Assembly: GCA_964057225.1 (NCBI GenBank)
Contig: CAXKVF010000079.1
Location: 496,001-560,000, forward strand
Direction: 5' to 3'
DNA from: Auanema rhodensis
Taxonomy: Eukaryota > Animalia > Nematoda
DNA length: 64,000 bases
Numbering within the stretch: the first letter of the stretch is position 1; each line of letters begins with the position of its first letter. Shown piece by piece: positions 1 through 11,669 of this stretch. The notes under the pieces are model-generated. The model saw only the letters and a program-made list of their open reading frames with translations, searched no databases and was not told where the DNA came from. A program made the translations under genes and the position numbers.

Positions 1-1408
1 GAAATTTACGTGAACTTTAATTTATGCTAATTAAATGTACACGTGATGTGCACTTGGTATGTAACTCGCTTCACGTGAAAGATAAAGAGATGCGGTTTTC
101 AAAATTAGATCCCCCATGTTCATATTAGTCTAAAAACAAATTTTTATTGATATTGGTTCATGGTAACCATGACTTTGAAATTTACGTGAACTTTAATTTA
201 TGCTAATTAAATGTACACGTGATGTGCACTTGGTATGTAACTTGCTTCACGTGAAAGATAAAGAGATGCGGTTTTCAAAATTAGATTCCTCATGTCCATA
301 TTAGTCTAAAAACAAATTTTTATTGATATTGGTGCATGGTAACCATGACTTTGAAATTTACGTGAACTTTAATTTATGCTAATTAAATGTACACGTGATG
401 TGCACTTGGTATGTAACTCGCTTCACGTGAAAGATAAAGAGATGCGGTTTTCAAAATTAGATTCCCCATGTCCATATTAGTCTAAAAACAAATTTTTATT
501 GATATTAATTCATGATAACCATGATTTTGAAATTTACGTGAACTTTAATTTATGCTATTTAAATGTACACGTGATGTGCACTTGGTATGTAACTCGCTTC
601 ACGTGAAAGATGAAGAGATGCGGTTTTCAAAATTAGATTCCCCATGTCCATATTAGTCTAAAAACAAATTTTTATTGATATTAATTCATGATAACCATGA
701 TTTTGAAATTTACGTGAACTTTAATTTATGCTATTTAAATGTACACGTGATGTGCACTTGGTATGTAACTCGCTTCACGTGAAAGATAAAGAGATGCGGT
801 TTTCAAAATTAGATTCCCCATGTCCATATTAGTCTAAAAACAAATTTTTATTGATATTGGTGCATGGTAACCATGACTTTGAAATTTACGTGAACTTTAA
901 TTTATGCTAATTAAATGTACACGTGATGTGCACTTGGTATGTAACTCGCTTCACGTGAAAGATAAAGAGATGCGGTTTTCAAAATTAGATTCCCCATGTT
1001 CATATTAGTCTAAAAACAAATTTTTATTGATATTGGTTCATGGTAACCATGACTTTGAAATTTACGTGAACTTTAATTTATGCTAATTAAATGTACACGT
1101 GATGTGCACTTGGTATGTAACTCGCTTCACGTGAAAGATAAAGAGATGCGGTTTTCAAAATTAGATTCCTCATGTCCATATTAGTCTAAAAACAAATTTT
1201 TATTGATATTGGTTCATGGTAACCATGACTTTGAAATTTACGTGAACTTTAATTTATGCTAATTAAATATACACGTGATGTGCACTTGGTATGTAACTCG
1301 CTTCACGTGAAAGATAAAGAGATGCGGTTTTCAAAATTAGATTCCCCATGTCCATATTAGTCTAAAAACAAATTTTTATTGATATTGGTGCATGGTAACC
1401 ATGACTTT

Positions 1409-3520
1409 GAAATTTACGTGAACTTTAATTTATGCTAATTAAATGTACACGTGATGTGCACTTGGTATGTAACTCGCTTCACGTGAAAGATAAAGAGATG
1501 CGGTTTTCAAAATTAGATTCCCCATGTCCATATTAGTCTAAAAACAAATTTTTATTGATATTGGTTCATGGTAACCATGACTTTGAAATTTACGTGAACT
1601 TTAATTTATGCTAATTAAATGTACACGTGATGTGCACTTGGTATGTAACTCGTTTCACGTGAAAGATAAAGAGATGCGGTTTTCAAAATTAGATTCCCCA
1701 TGTCCATATTAGTCTAAAAACAAATTTTTATTGATATTGGTTCATGGTAACCATGACTTTGAAATTTACGTGAACTTTAACTTATGCTAATTAAATGTAC
1801 ACGTGATGTGCACTTGGTATGTAACTCGCTTCACGTGAAAGATAAAGAGATGCGGTTTTCAAAATTAGATTCCCCATGTCCATATTAGTCTAAAAACAAA
1901 TTTTTATTGATATTGGTGCATGGTAACCATGACTTTGAAATTTACGTGAACTTTAATTTATGCTAATTAAATGTACACGTGATGTGCACTTGGTATGTAA
2001 CTCGCTTCACGTGAAAGATAAAGAGATGCGGTTTTCAAAATTAGATTCCCCATGTCCATATTAGTCTAAAAACAAATTTTTATTGATATTGGTGCATGGT
2101 AACCATGACTTTGAAATTTACGTGAACTTTAATTTATGCTAATTAAATGTACACGTGATGTGCACTTGGTATGTAACTCGCTTCACGTGAAAGATAAAGA
2201 GATGCGGTTTTCAAAATTAGATTCCCCATGTCCATATTAGTCTAAAAACAAATTTTTATTGATATTGGTGCATGGTAACCATGACTTTGAAATTTACGTG
2301 AACTTTAATTTATGCTAATTAAATGTACACGTGATGTGCACTTGGTATGTAACTCGCTTCACGTGAAAGATAAAGAGATGCGGTTTTCAAAATTAGATTC
2401 CCCATGTCCATATTAGTCTAAAAACAAATTTTTATTGATGTTGGTGCATGGTAACCATGACTTTGAAATTTACGTGAACTTTAATTTATGCTAATTAAAT
2501 GTACACGTGATGTGCACTTGGTATGTAACTCGCTTCACGTGAAAGATAAAGAGATGCGGTTTTCAAAATTAGATTCCCCATGTCCATATTAGTCTAAAAA
2601 CAAATTTTTATTGATATTGGTTCATGGTAACCATGACTTTGAAATTTACGTGAACTTTAATTTATGCTAATTAAATGTACACGTGATGTGCACTTGGTAT
2701 GTAACTCGTTTCACGTGAAAGATAAAGAGATGCGGTTTTCAAAATTAGATTCCCCATGTCCATATTAGTCTAAAAACAAATTTTTATTGATATTGGTTCA
2801 TGGTAACCATGACTTTGAAATTTACGTGAACTTTAACTTATGCTAATTAAATGTACACGTGATGTGCACTTGGTATGTAACTCGCTTCACGTGAAAGATA
2901 AAGAGATGCGGTTTTCAAAATTAGATTCCCCATGTCCATATTAGTCTAAAAACAAATTTTTATTGATATTGGTGCATGGTAACCATGACTTTGAAATTTA
3001 CGTGAACTTTAATTTATGCTAATTAAATGTACACGTGATGTGCACTTGGTATGTAACTCGCTTCACGTGAAAGATAAAGAGATGCGGTTTTCAAAATTAG
3101 ATTCCCCATGTCCATATTAGTCTAAAAACAAATTTTTATTGATATTGGTGCATGGTAACCATGACTTTGAAATTTACGTGAACTTTAATTTATGCTAATT
3201 AAATGTACACGTGATGTGCACTTGGTATGTAACTCGCTTCACGTGAAAGATAAAGAGATGCGGTTTTCAAAATTAGATTCCCCATGTCCATATTAGTCTA
3301 AAAACAAATTTTTATTGATATTGGTGCATGGTAACCATGACTTTGAAATTTACGTGAACTTTAATTTATGCTAATTAAATGTACACGTGATGTGCACTTG
3401 GTATGTAACTCGCTTCACGTGAAAGATAAAGAGATGCGGTTTTCAAAATTAGATTCCCCATGTCCATATTAGTCTAAAAACAAATTTTTATTGATATTGG
3501 TGCATGGTAACCATGACTTT
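1409..3520. repeat. 6-monomer (1056-bp) tandem duplication
   Basis: C69T at 1653 and 2709; T21C at 1781 and 2837; both pairs offset by 1056. Boundaries are approximate. Confidence 0.8.
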
Positions 3521-4752
3521 GAAATTTACGTGAACTTTAATTTATGCTAATTAAATTTACACGTGATGTGCACTTGGTATGTAACTCGCTTCACGTGAAA
3601 GATAAAGAGATGCGGTTTTCAAAATTAGATTCCCCATGTCCATATTAGTCTAAAAACAAATTTTTATTGATATTGGTGCATGGTAACCATGACTTTGAAA
3701 TTTACGTGAACTTTAATTTATGCTAATTAAATGTACACGTGATGTGCACTTGGTATGTAACTCGCTTCACGTGAAAGATAAAGAGATGCGGTTTTCAAAA
3801 TTAGATTCCCCATGTCCATATTAGTCTAAAAACAAATTTTTATTGATATTGGTTCATGGTAACCATGACTTTGAAATTTACGTGAACTTTAATTTATGCT
3901 AATTAAATGTACACGTGATGTGCACTTGGTATGTAACTCGCTTCACGTGAAAGATAAAGAGATGCGGTTTTCAAAATTAGATCCCCCATGTTCATATTAG
4001 TCTAAAAACAAATTTTTATTGATATTGGTTCATGGTAACCATGACTTTGAAATTTACGTGAACTTTAATTTATGCTAATTAAATGTACACGTGATGTGCA
4101 CTTGGTATGTAACTTGCTTCACGTGAAAGATAAAGAGATGCGGTTTTCAAAATTAGATTCCTCATGTCCATATTAGTCTAAAAACAAATTTTTATTGATA
4201 TTGGTTCATGGTAACCATGACTTTGAAATTTACGTGAACTTTAATTTATGCTAATTAAATGTACACGTGATGTGCACTTGGTATGTAACTTGCTTCACGT
4301 GAAAGATAAAGAGATGCGGTTTTCAAAATTAGATTCCTCATGTCCATATTAGTCTAAAAACAAATTTTTATTGATATTGGTGCATGGTAACCATGACTTT
4401 GAAATTTACGTGAACTTTAATTTATGCTAATTAAATGTACACGTGATGTGCACTTGGTATGTAACTCGCTTCACGTGAAAGATAAAGAGATGCGGTTTTC
4501 AAAATTAGATTCCCCATGTCCATATTAGTCTAAAAACAAATTTTTATTGATATTAATTCATGATAACCATGATTTTGAAATTTACGTGAACTTTAATTTA
4601 TGCTATTTAAATGTACACGTGATGTGCACTTGGTATGTAACTCGCTTCACGTGAAAGATGAAGAGATGCGGTTTTCAAAATTAGATTCCCCATGTCCATA
4701 TTAGTCTAAAAACAAATTTTTATTGATATTAATTCATGATAACCATGATTTT

Positions 4753-4829
4753 GAAATTTACGTGAACTTTAATTTATGAAACATGAAAACAAATTTTTAT
4801 TGATATTAATTCATGATAACCATGATTTT
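4753..4829. repeat. 77-bp truncated monomer (monomer 1-26 + AAACATG filler + 133-176)
   Basis: Unit starts at 4753 and 4830; junction reads TTTATG-AAACATG-AAAACAAATTTTT. Confidence 0.95.
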
Positions 4830-7800
4830 GAAATTTACGTGAACTTTAATTTATGCTATTTAAATGTACACGTGATGTGCACTTGGTATGTAACTCGCTT
4901 CACGTGAAAGATAAAGAGATGCGGTTTTCAAAATTAGATTCCCCATGTTCATATTAGTCTAAAAACAAATTTTTATTGATATTGGTTCATGGTAACCATG
5001 ACTTTGAAATTTGCGTGAACTTTAATTTATGCTATTTAAATGTACACGTGATGTGCACTTGGTATGTAACTCGCTTCACGTGAAAGATAAAGAGATGCGG
5101 TTTTCAAAATTAGATTCCCCATGTTCATATTAGTCTAAAAACAAATTTTTATTGATATTGGTTCATGGTAACCATGACTTTGAAATTTACGTGAACTTTA
5201 ATTTATGCTAATTAAATATACACGTGATGTGCACTTGGTATGTAACTCGCTTCACGTGAAAGATAAAGAGATGCGGTTTTCAAAATTAGATTCCCCATGT
5301 CCATATTAGTCTAAAAACAAATTTTTATTGATATTGGTGCATGGTAACCATGACTTTGAAATTTACGTGAACTTTAATTTATGCTAATTAAATGTACACG
5401 TGATGTGCACTTGGTATGTAACTCGCTTCACGTGAAAGATAAAGAGATGCGGTTTTCAAAATTAGATTCCCCATGTCCATATTAGTCTAAAAACGAATTT
5501 TTATTGATATTGGTTCATGGTAACCATGACTTTGAAATTTACGTGAACTTTAATTTATGCTAATTAAATGTACACGTGATGTGCACTTGGTATGTAACTC
5601 GCTTCACGTGAAAGATAAAGAGATGCGGTTTTCAAAATTAGATTCCGCATGTCCATATTAGTCTAAAAACAAATTTTTATTGATATTGGTTCATGGTAAC
5701 CATGACTTTGAAATTTACGTGAACTTTAACTTATGCTAATTAAATGTACACGTGATGTGCACTTGGTATGTAACTCGCTTCACGTGAAAGATAAAGAGAT
5801 GCGGTTTTCAAAATTAGATTCCCCATGTCCATATTAGTCTAAAAACAAATTTTCATTGATATTGGTGCATGGTAACCATGACTTTGAAATTTACGTGAAC
5901 TTTAATTTATGCTAATTAAATGTACACGTGATGTGCACTTGGTATGTAACTCGCTTCACGTGAAAGATAAAGAGATGCGGTTTTCAAAATTAGATTCCCC
6001 ATGTCCATATTAGTCTAAAAATAAATTTTTATTGATATTGGTGCATGGTAACCATGACTTTGAAATTTACGTGAACTTTAATTTATGCTAATTAAATGTA
6101 CACGTGATGTGCACTTGGTATGTAACTCGCTTCACGTGAAAGATAAAGAGATGCGGTTTTCAAAATTAGATTCCCCATGTCCATATTAGTCTAAAAACAA
6201 ATTTTTATTGATATTGGTGCATGGTAACCATGACTTTGAAATTTACGTGAACTTTAATTTATGCTAATTAAATGTACACGTGATGTGCACTTGGTATGTA
6301 ACTCGCTTCACGTGAAAGATAACGAGATGCGGTTTTCAAAATTAGATTCCCCATGTCCATATTAGTCTAAAAACAAATTTTTATTGATATTGGTGCATGG
6401 TAATCATGACTTTGAAATTTACGTGAACTTTAATTTATGCTAATTAAATGTACACGTGATGTGCACTTGGTATGTAACTCGCTTCACGTGAAAGATAAAG
6501 AGATGCGGTTTTCAAAATTAGATTCCCCATGTCCATATTAGTCTAAAAACAAATTTTTATTGATATTGGTGCATGGTAACCATGACTTTGAAATTTACGT
6601 GAACTTTAATTTATGCTAATTAAATGTACACGTGATGTGCACTTGGTATGTAACTCGCTTCACGTGAAAGATAAAGAGATGCGGTTTTCAAAATTAGATT
6701 CCCCATGTCCATATTAGTCTAAAAACAAATTTTTATTGATATTGGTGCATGGTAACCATGACTTTGAAATTTACGTGAACTTTAATTTATGCTAATTAAA
6801 TGTACACGTGATGTGCACTTGGTATGTAACTCGCTTCACGTGAAAGATAAAGAGATGCGGTTTTCAAAATTAGATTCCCCATGTCCATATTAGTCTAAAA
6901 ACAAATTTTTATTGATATTGGTGCATGGTAACCATGACTTTGAAATTTACGTGAACTTTAATTTATGCTAATTAAATGTACACGTGATGTGCACTTGGTA
7001 TGTAACTCGCTTCACGTGAAAGATAAAGAGATGCGGTTTTCAAAATTAGATTCCCCATGTCCATATTAGTCTAAAAACAAATTTTTATTGATATTGGTGC
7101 ATGGTAACCATGACTTTGAAATTTACGTGAACTTTAATTTATGCTAATTAAATGTACACGTGATGTGCACTTGGTATGTAACTCGCTTCACGTGAAAGAT
7201 AAAGAGATGCGGTTTTCAAAATTAGATTCCCCATGTCCATATTAGTCTAAAAACAATTTTTTATTGATATTGGTGCATGGTAACCATGACTTTGAAATTT
7301 ACGTGAACTTTAATTTATGCTAATTAAATGTACACGTGATGTGCACTTGGTATGTAACTCGCTTCACGTGAAAGATAAAGAGATGCGGTTTTCAAAATTA
7401 GATTCCCCATGTCCATATTAGTCTAAAACAAATTTTTATTGATATTGGTGCATGGTAACCATGACTTTGAAATTTACGTGAACTTTAATTTATGCTAATT
7501 AAATGTACACGTGATGTGCACTTGGTATGTAACTCGCTTCACGTGAAAGATAAAGAGATGCGGTTTTCAAAATTAGATTCCCCATGTCCATATTAGTCTA
7601 AAAACAAATTTTTATTGATATTGGTTCATGGTAACCATGACTTTGAAATTTACGTGAACTTTAATTTATGCTAATTAAATGTACACGTGATGTGCACTTG
7701 GTATGTAACTCGCTTCACGTGAAAGATAAAGAGATGCGGTTTTCAAAATTAGATTCCCCATGTCCATATTAGTCTAAAAACAAATTTTTATTGATATTGG

Positions 7801-8699
7801 TGCATGGTAACCATGACTTTGAAATTTACGTGAACTTTAATTTATGCTAATTAAATGTACACGTGATGTGCACTTGGTATGTAACTCGCTTCACGTGAAA
7901 GATAAAGAGATGCGGTTTTCAAAATTAGATTCCCCATGTCCATATTAGTCTAAAACAAATTTTTATTGATATTGGTGCATGGTAACCATGACTTTGAAAT
8001 TTACGTGAACTTTAATTTATGCTAATTGAATGTACACGTGATGTGCACTTGGTATGTAACTCGCTTCACGTGAAAGATAAAGAGATGCGGTTTTCAAAAT
8101 TAGATTCCCCATGTCCATATTAGTCTAAAAACAAATTTTTATTGATATTGGTTCATGGTAACCATGACTTTGAAATTTACGTGAACTTTAATTTATGCTA
8201 ATTAAATGTACACGTGATGTGCACTTGGTATGTAACTCGCTTCACGTGAAAGATAAAAAGATGCGGTTTTCAAAATTAGATTCCCCATGTCCATATTAGT
8301 CTAAAAACAAATTTTTATTGATATTGGTTCATGGTAACCATGATTTTGAAATTTACGTGAACTTTAATTTATGCTAATTAAATGTACACGTGATGTGCAC
8401 TTGGTATGTAACTCGCTTCACGTGAAAGATAAAGAGATGCGGTTTTCAAAATTAGATTCCCCATGTCCATATTAGTCTAAAAACAAATTTTTATTGATAT
8501 TGGTGCATGGTAACCATGACTTTGAAATTTACGTGAACTTTAATTTATGCTAATTAAATGTACACGTGATGTGCACTTGGTATGTAACTCGCTTCACGTG
8601 AAAGATAAAGAGATGCGGTTTTCAAAATTAGATTCCCCATGTTCATATTAGTCTAAAAACAAATTTTTATTGATATTGGTTCATGGTAACCATGACTTT

Positions 8700-11669
8700 G
8701 AAATTTACGTGAACTTTAATTTATGCTAATTAAATGTACACGTGATGTGCACTTGGTATGTAACTCGCTTCACGTGAAAGATAAAGAGATGCGGTTTTCA
8801 AAATTAGATTCCCCATGTCCATATTAGTCTAAAAACAAATTTTTATTGATATTGGTGCATGGTAACCATGACTTTGAAATTTACGTGAACTTTAATTTAT
8901 GCTAATTAAATGTACACGTGATGTGCACTTGGTATGTAACTCGCTTCACGTGAAAGATAAAGAGATGCGGTTTTCAAAATTAGATTCCCCATGTTCATAT
9001 TAGTCTAAAAACAAATTTTTATTGATATTGGTTCATGGTAACCATGACTTTGAAATTTACGTGAACTTTAATTTATGCTATTTAAATGTACACGTGATGT
9101 GCACTTGGTATGTAACTCGCTTCACGTGAAAGATGAAGAGATGCGGTTTTCAAAATTAGATTCCCCATGTCCATATTAGTCTAAAAACAAATTTTTATTG
9201 ATATTAATTCATGATAACCATGATTTTGAAATTTACGTGAACTTTAATTTATGAAATATGAAAACAAATTTTTATTGATATTAATTCATGATAACCATGA
9301 TTTTGAAATTTACGTGAACTTTAATTTATGCTATTTAAATGTACACGTGATGTGCACTTGGTATGTAACTCGCTTCACGTGAAAGATAAAGAGATGCGGT
9401 TTTCAAAATTAGATTCCCCATGTTCATATTAGTCTAAAAACAAATTTTTATTGATATTGGTTCATGGTAACCATGACTTTGAAATTTGCGTGAACTTTAA
9501 TTTATGCTATTTAAATGTACACGTGATGTGCACTTGGTATGTAACTCGCTTCACGTGAAAGATAAAGAGATGCGGTTTTCAAAATTAGATTCCCCATGTT
9601 CATATTAGTCTAAAAACAAATTTTTATTGATATTGGTTCATGGTAACCATGACTTTGAAATTTACGTGAACTTTAATTTATGCTAATTAAATATACACGT
9701 GATGTGCACTTGGTATGTAACTCGCTTCACGTGAAAGATAAAGAGATGCGGTTTTCAAAATTAGATTCCCCATGTCCATATTAGTCTAAAAACAAATTTT
9801 TATTGATATTGGTTCATGGTAACCATGACTTTGAAATTTACGTGAACTTTAATTTATGCTAATTAAATGTACACGTGATGTGCACTTGGTATGTAACTCG
9901 CTTCACGTGAAAGATAAAGAGATGCGGTTTTCAAAATTAGATTCCCCATGGCCATATTGGTCTAAAAACAAATTTTTATTGATATTGGTTCATGGTAACC
10001 ATGATTTTGAAATTTACGTGAACTTTAATTTATGCTAATTAAATGTACACGTGATGTGCACTTGGTATGTAACTCGCTTCACGTGAAAGATAAAGAGATG
10101 CGGTTTTCAAAATTAGATTCCCCATGTCCATATTAGTCTAAAAACAAATTTTTATTGATATTGGTGCATGGTAACCATGACTTTGAAATTTACGTGAACT
10201 TTAATTTATGCTAATTAAATGTACACGTGATGTGCACTTGGTATGTAACTCGCTTCACGTGAAAGATAAAGAGATGCGGTTTTCAAAATTAGATTCCCCA
10301 TGTTCATATTAGTCTAAAAACAAATTTTTATTGATATTGGTTCATGGTAACCATGACTTTGAAATTTACGTGAACTTTAATTTATGCTATTTAAATGTAC
10401 ACGTGATGTGCACTTGGTATGTAACTCGCTTCACGTGAAAGATGAAGAGATGCGGTTTTCAAAATTAGATTCCCCATGTCCATATTAGTCTAAAAACAAA
10501 TTTTTATTGATATTAATTCATGATAACCATGATTTTGAAATTTACGTGAACTTTAATTTATGAAATATGAAAACAAATTTTTATTGATATTAATTCATGA
10601 TAACCATGATTTTGAAATTTACGTGAACTTTAATTTATGCTATTTAAATGTACACGTGATGTGCACTTGGTATGTAACTCGCTTCACGTGAAAGATAAAG
10701 AGATGCGGTTTTCAAAATTAGATTCCCCATGTTCATATTAGTCTAAAAACAAATTTTTATTGATATTGGTTCATGGTAACCATGACTTTGAAATTTGCGT
10801 GAACTTTAATTTATGCTATTTAAATGTACACGTGATGTGCACTTGGTATGTAACTCGCTTCACGTGAAAGATAAAGAGATGCGGTTTTCAAAATTAGATT
10901 CCCCATGTTCATATTAGTCTAAAAACAAATTTTTATTGATATTGGTTCATGGTAACCATGACTTTGAAATTTACGTGAACTTTAATTTATGCTAATTAAA
11001 TATACACGTGATGTGCACTTGGTATGTAACTCGCTTCACGTGAAAGATAAAGAGATGCGGTTTTCAAAATTAGATTCCCCATGTCCATATTAGTCTAAAA
11101 ACAAATTTTTATTGATATTGGTTCATGGTAACCATGACTTTGAAATTTACGTGAACTTTAATTTATGCTAATTAAATGTACACGTGATGTGCACTTGGTA
11201 TGTAACTCGCTTCACGTGAAAGATAAAGAGATGCGGTTTTCAAAATTAGATTCCCCATGGCCATATTGGTCTAAAAACAAATTTTTATTGATATTGGTTC
11301 ATGGTAACCATGATTTTGAAATTTACGTGAACTTTAATTTATGCTAATTAAATGTACACGTGATGTGCACTTGGTATGTAACTCGCTTCACGTGAAAGAT
11401 AAAGAGATGCGGTTTTCAAAATTAGATTCCCCATGTCCATATTAGTCTAAAAACAAATTTTTATTGATATTGGTGCATGGTAACCATGACTTTGAAATTT
11501 ACGTGAACTTTAATTTATGCTAATTAAATGTACACGTGATGTGCACTTGGTATGTAACTCGCTTCACGTGAAAGATAAAGAGATGCGGTTTTCAAAATTA
11601 GATTCCCCATGTTCATATTAGTCTAAAAACAAATTTTTATTGATATTGGTTCATGGTAACCATGACTTT
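8700..11669. repeat. 1309-bp higher-order repeat (7x176 + 77 bp), ~2.3 tandem copies
   Basis: 77-bp units at 9228 and 10537 and T119G+A127G monomers at 9833 and 11142 are each 1309 apart. A8G and G37A markers repeat with the same offset. Confidence 0.92.

Noticed and set aside
60-100. CENP-B box
   Set aside because: The required TTCG....A..CGGG core is not present in the consensus on either strand (no TTCG/CGAA and no CGGG/CCCG).
70-176. Budding-yeast-type point centromere (CDEI-CDEII-CDEIII)
   Set aside because: Only a TCACGTG core matches. The following DNA is not >90% AT, no CDEIII CCGAA is present, and point centromeres are not tandemly arrayed.
1-176. Assignment to a named satellite or species (e.g. 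Brassica CentBr 176 bp, Arabidopsis CEN178, primate alpha satellite)
   Set aside because: Length is similar but the sequence does not resemble those consensus sequences as I know them. A BLASTN/Dfam/Repbase search of the monomer is needed, and no name is claimed.
1-176. Strict 10-bp phased A-tract curvature signal
   Set aside because: A/T tracts are present (2-7, 16-23, 33-35, 78-86, 96-104, 132-145, 174-176), but I could not see a convincing regular 10-11-bp phasing by eye. It would need a periodicity/curvature calculation.
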